This document shows positions 9,029-16,311 of a DNA stretch of 38,759 nt, in pieces. Numbering within the stretch: position 1 is the stretch's first letter; each line of letters starts with the position of its first letter. The translations under genes were made by a program, and so were the position numbers. The notes below the pieces were generated by a model. The model saw only the letters and a list, made by a program, of their open reading frames with translations, was not told the DNA's origin and made no database searches. Source of the DNA: an uncultured Loktanella sp. (GTDB taxonomy: Bacteria; Pseudomonadota; Alphaproteobacteria; Rhodobacterales; Rhodobacteraceae); the NCBI GenBank assembly GCA_964581065.1, contig CAZOMZ010000001.1, forward strand, positions 1 to 38,759. Direction: 5' to 3'.

Positions 9029-9850
9029 TCAGCCTTCCGCTGGAAAGGACAGGATGCAGCGGTGACCCGCGGGCAATGCCCCATCAGGGTTTGGCAGTTC
9101 GAGCTCAACGCCAAACGTGCCGGACGCGGCATCGAAGACCTGATCGAAGGCAATGACGCGTGCTTCGAATGTCTCGGTAATCGGGGCGGCAGGCGCAATT
9201 GTTGCACGCATGCCGTTGATGATTTCGGGGTAAAGCTCGACCGGCAGGAAGGCTTCGATCAACAACGGATCCAGTTTCACGATCGTCACGATGGATCCGT
9301 TTGACGCGACAAACTCGCCGCCGGATAGATTGCGGGTAAGGATGACGCCGTCGATGGGGCTTTTGATGGTACGCTGGGCAAGTTGCTGCCGCGCGCGCGC
9401 CAGTTCCTGCTGGGCGATATCGCGATCAAGGTTGGCCTGGGCCAGCAATGCCTCTGCCGCAACCAATTCCGCCTCGGCTTCCTGTAGCTGCTCGGCCGAG
9501 GCCACGTTGCGATCGACCAGAGTTTTGATCCGCTCGCGCTGAAGCTGGATCAACTCCAGTCGCGCGGTCTGAGCTTCAATGGCCACCGTGTTGTTTGCGC
9601 GCGTCTCAAGCAAGCCAATCGTGGCCATTTCGACGCTGCTTTCCAGTTCGGCAATGACTTGCCCGCGCGAGACAGCCTCGCCCCGCCGGACCTTTACCTC
9701 GGCCAGAATTCCGGCGACCGGAGCGCCAACGTCAATCACGCTGGCGGGATCCATGACGCAGTCAAACGTCTCTCCGCCCAGCCCTTCGGCTATTGCAGGG
9801 ACGGCCGACAGCCCCAGCAGCGACGAGATCACGAGAAAGGCAAAACGCAT
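9029..9850 (-). CDS. Efflux RND/HlyD-family periplasmic adaptor (MFP) with signal peptide
   Basis: Signal peptide MRFAFLVISSLLGLSAVPAIA. Lipoyl half-motifs GAPVAGILAEVKVRRGEAVSRGQVIAEL and IKSPIDGVI flank a coiled coil. The beta-barrel ends with ELPNPDGALPAG. Confidence 0.9.
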   Translation of the reverse strand: MRFAFLVISSLLGLSAVPAIAEGLGGETFDCVMDPASVIDVGAPVAGILAEVKVRRGEAVSRGQVIAELESSVEMATIGLLETRANNTVAIEAQTARLELIQLQRERIKTLVDRNVASAEQLQEAEAELVAAEALLAQANLDRDIAQQELARARQQLAQRTIKSPIDGVILTRNLSGGEFVASNGSIVTIVKLDPLLIEAFLPVELYPEIINGMRATIAPAAPITETFEARVIAFDQVFDAASGTFGVELELPNPDGALPAGHRCILSFPAEG

Positions 9851-9885
9851 GTATGACTCCGGTCAGATGACGTGGTGAAACTAGC

Positions 9886-11907
9886 CTATTCAAGCTGGCC
9901 TGAAAACGCCATCAAATCACCCAGTTCGCGGTCTTGTTTCATCAGATCGCGGCGGGCCTGCGCATGCGTCGCCTCGGTAACACGCTGGCGGTTGCGGATG
10001 ACGCTGCCGATTGCCCGGGTGCCGAGAAATAGCGAGAGCACATAAGCAAGCCGTCTCGCCCCTGCAGCATCAGGTCCTTGCATCAGATCATCCTCAAGAC
10101 TGAGGTAGGCTTCGTTCCAGCCTGGCTCGCCCTGTCGGCCGCAACGCCCCTCCAGCTGCCGGTCGACACGGCGACTGTCATGGCGTTCGGTCAGGATAAC
10201 GGTCAGACCGCCCAACGCAGCGACACCTTCACCCAGTTTGATGTCAGTGCCCCGACCGGCCATGTTCGTCGCCACAGTGATCGCGCCACGCTGTCCGGCC
10301 AATGACACAATCGCTGCTTCATCCGCGTCCTGATCCGCCGACAGGGTCTGATGTGGCAGACCCGCCTCGGTCAGGCGCTTGCTGGCTTCCTGAGACGCAA
10401 GGATCGAGCGTGTGCCGATCAGCACAGGCTGCCCCTTTGCGTGAAGCTGTGCAACACGCTTGGCAATCGCACGCCATTTGGCATCTGCAGTCCGGAAGAC
10501 ACGGTCACGTTTGCTGCGCCGGATGTCGCGCTTGTTTGTCGGGATCTTGGCCACGGCGAGCTTGTAGACAGTCCACAACTCCCATGCGGCATCCTGCGCT
10601 GTGCCGGTCATTCCGCCAATGCGCGCATAACGCCGGAAAAAGCGTTGGTATGTCATCCGCGAGAGTGTTTCGTTCGTCGGCGAAATCTCGAGACCTTCCT
10701 TCAGTTCGACCATTTGGTGCAAACCGTCCGACCATGTGCGGTCGGGCATGGTGCGCCCTGTGTTTTCATCGACGATCTGCACCTTGTCATCCTTGACGAT
10801 ATAATGGTCGCCCAAATGAAACAGATAGAGCGCATTCAGCGCCTGCTGCACAGTGTGATCGCGGATCACTGGGATCGAGAATGTATCGGTCCGGCCCTCG
10901 GTGAGTTCTTCGAGATAGTCATATCCCGCCTCGAGTATCTCGACCCGTTTGATCCCGCGCGGCAGTTTGAAGTGCAGGTTTTCGACCAGTCTTTTGGCGA
11001 CTTCCATCCCGCTTTCAAACACCTCGTTGGGCATTCCGCCTTCCAATGCCGCCGCGCCCGAGATGATCAGTGGCGTCCGCGCCTCGTCGATCAGGACGCT
11101 GTCGGCCTCATCAATGATCGCGAAGGGCAGCCCCTGCATCCGCAAGGGTTCGGTCGGGCCACCATCGGGGATCAGCCGGTCGACCTTGCGGCGCAGATTG
11201 CCCGGCGCACGACGTAGAATCGCACGGTCCCGCAGATAGTCAAAGGCCAGTTCCTTGTTTGTGCCGTAGACGATTTCTTGCAGATAGGCCAACTGGCGGG
11301 TCGGCCCGTCCTGCCCTTCAAGAACAGTCGCCCGTGTCAGACCCAGAAAATCATAGAGCGGGCCGGTTTCCTCGGCGTCGCGCTCGGCTAGATAGTCGTT
11401 AACGGTCATCACATGGACCTGACGGCCTGACAAGGCGACAGTCGCAACAGCAAGTGTTGCGCAAAGTGTCTTGCCCTCGCCGGTCCGCATCTCGGCAATC
11501 TGGCCCTTGAGCATCGACCATGCCCCGAGGATCTGGACGTCGTAGTGACGCTTGCCAAGCACCCGCGTTGCGACTTCGCGGATCAGGGCAAAGGATTCCC
11601 CTGCCGCAGCGGTCGGCAACTTCTGGCCGCGCAGGCTTTGGCGAAGATTAACGCGGACCCCGCGGACACAGGCCTTGAGTTCGGCGTCGCTCATCGCGGC
11701 AAAGCGTTTCTCGTGGCGGCGGACGGCCCAGAGGATTGGCCGCAGCATCAGCGCCCTGCCACGCGCCCCCTGCGCGATATAGGCACCCTGCAACCACGCC
11801 CAAGCGCGATCCAGCTCTGTCTCGTCCCGATCCGCCGCTTCGGCGTAATCGACGATGCGCGGTAGCCTCAGGCGACGGGCCGGTTTGCTGACCCAAAGAT
11901 CAGACAC
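9886..11907 (-). CDS. Secondary SecA-like DEAD ATPase (673 aa, C-terminally truncated paralog)
   Basis: Motifs MRTGEGKT, TVNDYLAERD, GTNKELAFDYLRD, IIDEADSVLIDEARTPLIISG, GMTGTA, ATNMAGRGTDI and RRVDRQLEGRCGRQGEPG. The GTG start overlaps the upstream stop by 8 nt. Confidence 0.92.
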   Translation of the reverse strand: MSDLWVSKPARRLRLPRIVDYAEAADRDETELDRAWAWLQGAYIAQGARGRALMLRPILWAVRRHEKRFAAMSDAELKACVRGVRVNLRQSLRGQKLPTAAAGESFALIREVATRVLGKRHYDVQILGAWSMLKGQIAEMRTGEGKTLCATLAVATVALSGRQVHVMTVNDYLAERDAEETGPLYDFLGLTRATVLEGQDGPTRQLAYLQEIVYGTNKELAFDYLRDRAILRRAPGNLRRKVDRLIPDGGPTEPLRMQGLPFAIIDEADSVLIDEARTPLIISGAAALEGGMPNEVFESGMEVAKRLVENLHFKLPRGIKRVEILEAGYDYLEELTEGRTDTFSIPVIRDHTVQQALNALYLFHLGDHYIVKDDKVQIVDENTGRTMPDRTWSDGLHQMVELKEGLEISPTNETLSRMTYQRFFRRYARIGGMTGTAQDAAWELWTVYKLAVAKIPTNKRDIRRSKRDRVFRTADAKWRAIAKRVAQLHAKGQPVLIGTRSILASQEASKRLTEAGLPHQTLSADQDADEAAIVSLAGQRGAITVATNMAGRGTDIKLGEGVAALGGLTVILTERHDSRRVDRQLEGRCGRQGEPGWNEAYLSLEDDLMQGPDAAGARRLAYVLSLFLGTRAIGSVIRNRQRVTEATHAQARRDLMKQDRELGDLMAFSGQLE

Positions 11908-14047
11908 GGAACTGCCTCAGGAAAAGCTGTCGGAGACCACGATAGAGCCTGTACCCGATTGGTTCGAAGCCGTGATCGAATTTCACAAGCGCACGTGCTC
12001 CGACGCGGGTGACAGGCATGGGATCAATCGTTGCAATCTCGAACTGGAAGACGCTCTGAAGCGTTGAAAGCTCGCTGCGGCCGGTCGGGTCAAGAACGAT
12101 ATCGCCACCGGCTTGCGTTGACAGTGCCAGCGACGGAACCGTGTCCTGCGATTGCGGCACTTCGACGACCAGCCGCCCCGGCACTTCGGTGCCGATGGCA
12201 TCCTGAAACATGATCTGCACATTCTCGGTCCGGTTGCGCACAATCTCGGCCTGCCCTTGCGGAATGGCCACGCGCAGGCGCATGTCGTCATCACCGATCA
12301 GATAGCCCAGCACCTCGCCCTGCCGCACAAGACGGCCCGCCATGCTTTCGGCGTCAGGCACAACGACGAGACCCTCGGCCTTTGCCTGCACAACAAGGTC
12401 CTGCTGTCGCTGGCGCAGACTGGCAAGCTGGTCTTCGATCAGTCCAACGCGATCGCGGAGCAACTGCGCCTGCACCTGATCAACAAGCAGGATCGCTCGA
12501 AGGCGCAGCTGGGCTTCGCGCAACTGGCTTTCGAGAATGGTAATCCTGTTTTCAAGTACCGGATCCTGCATCGTCACGACGGGTGTTCCGGGCTGCGCCG
12601 GAGCTCCTGTCGGCAGGTTGACCTCCGATACAAAACCCTCAGTGCCCGCCCGGACGATGGCGTTCTGATCCAGCCAAACCACACCATGCGCAACTGTTGC
12701 ATAGGGCGCGGGCAAACTGAAAAGCAAAGCCGCCACACCCGAGAATGCGGCAAAGACAGCAGCCATTGCACGCCCGCGTTTCAGCCGCAGCTCGGGGCTG
12801 GTCACCATATACTTGATGCCCTTGAAAAGCGGCTGCACAAAGGTGTTGAACAGTGCCCAGAGCGCCAGAATAACGCCGATGAAAAAGAACTTTGACGCCA
12901 CAAAAAGCGCAATCGCGAAGCTGATGAACATCCGGTAGATGAATGCGGCGATTGCATAGGTGAAAAGCCACTTGCGTTCACCCTTTGCGGTCACCCCGTC
13001 AGGCACGTCCTTGACCCGAAAGACGTAGGTGCGGATCAGATAGAAGATATAGGCATTCGACCGCTGCCCCAGATTGGGGATTTCGATCAGATCGGAAAAG
13101 ACAAAGTAGCCGTCAAAGCGCAACAGCGGGTTGCCGTTGAACAAGAGCGTCGAGATCCCCCCGATCAGCATGACGTTGAAGGCAAAGGCGCGGACCAGCC
13201 CCGGTTCGACGTTGAGCCAGACAATCAGGGCAAGTGCAGCAAGCGCCGTTTCGACCATGATGCCCGCACCACCAACAACGGCGCGCCGCCATTTGCTGTC
13301 AAACGCGGCCGATGACGACGCATCCACATAAGGCACCGGAATGAAAACAAGGAACATGACCCCGATTTCATGGACTTCGCCGCCCCAGACCTTTGCCGCA
13401 TATCCGTGGCCAAGTTCATGGAGTGCTTTCACAAAGGGATAAGCGAGCGCGATCAGAAGCAGGTTCTCTGCGGCCAGCACCTGATCCACAAACCCTTCTG
13501 TCAGAACGTTCCAGTTCAATGCGGCCAGACCGATGCCTGACAGGACGAGTGTCAGCCATGCGACAAAGCCCGCGGGCGTGAAGAGAAACCTGACGAGATG
13601 GACGGTCGCACCCAGAAACGGGTCGGGATCAAAAAGCGGCAGGCGCAGGGCCATCGGGTTCTTGATCCGTGCGATCATCGTCTGCCGTTCTTGCTTGGCA
13701 TGACGGCGACCGATTTCCTCCATGTCGGGGGGCAGGTCACTGGCGATCAGGTCTGACCGGTGCAGCTGGCTCATCAACCGGATGGTTTCCGACTGCGTCG
13801 GCGGATCGTCCTCGAAGCGACGGCAAGCGGCTTCCCATATCTGGTGCATCGTCCGCTGGCCGTTCATCAGCGCGATGATGTAATTCGCCGCAGGCGTAAT
13901 CCGGTGATACTTGCCACTATGCTGGTCTTGCAGCACGAACCACGTGTCGCCCCGATACCGCTGCCGGTGCACTTCCACATGTCCGCGCAGCCGCGGCTTA
14001 AGAGGGGCAACGCGGTACCAGTCAGATGAGAGCAGCGCGCGGTTCAT
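11900..14047 (-). CDS. Fusion protein: PqqD/RRE-like N-terminal domain + M50 (site-2) zinc metallopeptidase + HlyD-like MFP domain
   Basis: HELGH at 13406-13420 and NGNPLLRFDG at about 13109-13138, both within multiple hydrophobic TM segments. The N-terminus has a three-strand/three-helix pattern and the C-terminus a lipoyl/coiled-coil MFP. The ATG at 14047 has a GAGGTG RBS. Confidence 0.85.
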   Translation of the reverse strand: MNRALLSSDWYRVAPLKPRLRGHVEVHRQRYRGDTWFVLQDQHSGKYHRITPAANYIIALMNGQRTMHQIWEAACRRFEDDPPTQSETIRLMSQLHRSDLIASDLPPDMEEIGRRHAKQERQTMIARIKNPMALRLPLFDPDPFLGATVHLVRFLFTPAGFVAWLTLVLSGIGLAALNWNVLTEGFVDQVLAAENLLLIALAYPFVKALHELGHGYAAKVWGGEVHEIGVMFLVFIPVPYVDASSSAAFDSKWRRAVVGGAGIMVETALAALALIVWLNVEPGLVRAFAFNVMLIGGISTLLFNGNPLLRFDGYFVFSDLIEIPNLGQRSNAYIFYLIRTYVFRVKDVPDGVTAKGERKWLFTYAIAAFIYRMFISFAIALFVASKFFFIGVILALWALFNTFVQPLFKGIKYMVTSPELRLKRGRAMAAVFAAFSGVAALLFSLPAPYATVAHGVVWLDQNAIVRAGTEGFVSEVNLPTGAPAQPGTPVVTMQDPVLENRITILESQLREAQLRLRAILLVDQVQAQLLRDRVGLIEDQLASLRQRQQDLVVQAKAEGLVVVPDAESMAGRLVRQGEVLGYLIGDDDMRLRVAIPQGQAEIVRNRTENVQIMFQDAIGTEVPGRLVVEVPQSQDTVPSLALSTQAGGDIVLDPTGRSELSTLQSVFQFEIATIDPMPVTRVGARALVKFDHGFEPIGYRLYRGLRQLFLRQFRV

Positions 14048-14057
14048 TGCGTCACCT

Positions 14058-15974
14058 CTAGCTCGGGATCCAGCGCCAAAGCGCGATCCGCGCCCAGTCG
14101 ACAAGAGGCTTGGTCCAGATCGCAATCAATCGGCGTTCCTCGACCTCGATCCGCGCCGCGCCCTGCATCCCCGGCCGCAAGGCCACAACATCACCCTGAA
14201 AGCGCGCCTCGACCTCAAAGGTTGTGGCACCCTCGGCATAGGTTGCAACGGGGGTGATCTTTTCTATGGCGACAGTGAAGGTCTGGTCAGGCAGCGCGGT
14301 CACCCGCAAGGCACCAGTCTGCCCGGGTTTCAGATCCGCGATCTGTCGTTCGTCAACCTGCAGGATCACACGGTAGGCGTCCGCCGGTGCAATCGTCAGC
14401 AGCGCCTCACCGCGCGAGACGGCCGATCCAATGGATTGACTGAGATCGCCCGACACCACGAGACCGTCAAAAGGTGCAACCAGTCGGGTGCGGCTTAGCT
14501 GTTCATCGAGCAACCCGATCTCGGCATCTGCCTGATCGATGAGCGTCTGGCGGATGTTCATCTCGGCCCTGTCGCGGGCCGCAACCGCACGATCGAATTC
14601 GATCTGCTGGCGCTGGCGCTGGTTGACCAGACGCAGCCTTTCAAGGCTGAGGTCACGGTCGTCGAGTTGCACCAGAAGATCGCCTTCGGCGACAAGATCG
14701 CCTGCACGCACAGGTGCGGCCGCGATAAACGCATCAAAGCCCGGTACGATTGCGCGCTCGACCGTCCCGACAACACGCGCCTCGGCGCCGACCTCATATG
14801 TGCTGCGCGCAAACCAGAAAAAGACGGTGGCGGCAATGAGGGTCGCCATGATCAGCTTGCGCACCAGATGTGACGGCCCGAGAAGCCGTTTGATCTGCCC
14901 CAGCAGGCTGTCACCCATCTTGGTGATCAGCCAGCGATCATTGCGGCGTTTTTCGTCAAGGATTGGCGCAAGGACCGTCGTAACGGCCTCAAGCACGTCC
15001 AACTGGCGTTCGTCGAAAGGAAGTTCCTTTGGCCTTTCAAACGTCAGCGCACCGATAAACGCGCCGTTCGAATAAAGCGGGACAGTATAGACATGCCCTG
15101 CACCATGATCGCGGGCGAGGGCTGCGGCGGCATGGGTCGCAAAGACCACCTCTGCATCATCGTCCGGCCAGAGCACCGCAGCACGCTGGTCAATCGCCTC
15201 ATCCATCGCGGCATTCAGTCGCCCGACAAGTTCCATCCGCTTGGAGAACTGCGCCTGATGCGAGATAGCGCGGACACGGCTGCGCCTGAAACGCCGCATA
15301 CCGAGCGATACGCGATCACATTCAAAGCGGGTGGCGAGGTCCGTGACAGCAGCGCTGGCGGCCGCCATGAATTCCTCGCGTTCCGCCACCACGATGATCG
15401 TATTCAATGCCTCGACAGCGGCCGAGTAGCGGATTTCCTCTTTCTGGTGCTCTTCTTCGCGCAGCACGTCGCGCAGCCATGCCGCACCCCATTGCAGGCG
15501 GCGCATGGCCCAACGCATGTCGGTCTGTTTGACGGGGCGCATCTCGATGACGACAACGCCCACCGGCACATCCCGCACGATCAATGGGGCCGCAGCGGCC
15601 ATCGGGCTATTTGCAGCAGGGCCATCGGGTCCCGGCATCTCGCCTTTTGCGACCGGGCGCCCGTTTTCGACGGCTGCTTGCGCGGCTTCGACCGTCAGCG
15701 CCGACCCTACGCGGTTGCGTGGGCTGCTGCCGATCGGTGTCAGTTGACGCGATGGCTGGTCATAGCGAAATGCAAAAAGTGCGAGCGGCTGGACGCCGGC
15801 ATGTTCGTCCATCTGGGCATGCATCAGCTCGACCCAGCTTTGCCCCTGTTTTCGGATGTCGCCCTGCTCTGCAAGGGCGCGCCAGAGTGCCGCCTGTCCG
15901 GTCGGCACAGAGGCAAGTTTTTCGGCATCGGTTGTCTGCGTCTGAATCAGGGGGTCCTGATTTTCAGCTGTCAT
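14058..15974 (-). CDS. HlyD-family membrane fusion protein with N-terminal GAF-like domain(s)
   Basis: GAF-like segments (AAAPLIVRDVPVGVVVIE; YTVPLYSNGAFIGALTFER), one TM (LIMATLIAATVFFWFA), then the MFP motifs VRAGDLVAEGDLLVQLDDRDL, coiled coil, LVAPFDGLVVSGDL and LRPGMQG. Confidence 0.85.
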   Translation of the reverse strand: MTAENQDPLIQTQTTDAEKLASVPTGQAALWRALAEQGDIRKQGQSWVELMHAQMDEHAGVQPLALFAFRYDQPSRQLTPIGSSPRNRVGSALTVEAAQAAVENGRPVAKGEMPGPDGPAANSPMAAAAPLIVRDVPVGVVVIEMRPVKQTDMRWAMRRLQWGAAWLRDVLREEEHQKEEIRYSAAVEALNTIIVVAEREEFMAAASAAVTDLATRFECDRVSLGMRRFRRSRVRAISHQAQFSKRMELVGRLNAAMDEAIDQRAAVLWPDDDAEVVFATHAAAALARDHGAGHVYTVPLYSNGAFIGALTFERPKELPFDERQLDVLEAVTTVLAPILDEKRRNDRWLITKMGDSLLGQIKRLLGPSHLVRKLIMATLIAATVFFWFARSTYEVGAEARVVGTVERAIVPGFDAFIAAAPVRAGDLVAEGDLLVQLDDRDLSLERLRLVNQRQRQQIEFDRAVAARDRAEMNIRQTLIDQADAEIGLLDEQLSRTRLVAPFDGLVVSGDLSQSIGSAVSRGEALLTIAPADAYRVILQVDERQIADLKPGQTGALRVTALPDQTFTVAIEKITPVATYAEGATTFEVEARFQGDVVALRPGMQGAARIEVEERRLIAIWTKPLVDWARIALWRWIPS

Positions 15975-16297
15975 TTGCCTTCGTCCGTCTTCAGAACGCC
16001 GTGCCGCGCTTCGTATTCGGCAAGGACTTTTGTCAGGATCGTGTTCAGCCGCTTGGCCGCATAAGGTGTCAGGATCATCCGGTTGGTGAGGTCAACCTTC
16101 ACTTCGCTGTCACTGGCAAGGTTCCACGACCGGTGGGTGCCAAAGAACAGTTCGACCTGTTCGCGCGTCCCCTGAATATTGACCACATTGGCAAAGCCTG
16201 TGGTCATATTGCTGTCATTCCATTGGATACCGGCCCGGTGCTGCCCCGGTTCGAGGGCGGGATTCATCCCGCCCTGTTTGCTTGCGTCATCGGCCAT
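15971..16297 (-). CDS. DUF3467-like small protein
   Basis: 108 aa with the pattern FANVVNIQGTREQVELFFG...RMILTPYAAKRL...Y E.RHG, recalled as typical of DUF3467. ATGA overlap with the downstream MFP gene. Confidence 0.75.
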   Translation of the reverse strand: MADDASKQGGMNPALEPGQHRAGIQWNDSNMTTGFANVVNIQGTREQVELFFGTHRSWNLASDSEVKVDLTNRMILTPYAAKRLNTILTKVLAEYEARHGVLKTDEGK

Positions 16298-16311
16298 AGG
16301 ACCCGCCTGTC

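Noticed and set aside
9851-9885. Intergenic gap as a terminator or precursor-peptide site
   Set aside because: It is only 35 nt, contains the GGAG RBS for the MFP gene on the minus strand, and has no convincing hairpin/U-tract or ORF.
9886-11907. Calling this the housekeeping secA or a pseudogene
   Set aside because: It is too short and lacks the C-terminal domains for housekeeping SecA. All catalytic motifs are intact and no remnant of the missing part follows the stop, so it is not an obvious pseudogene.
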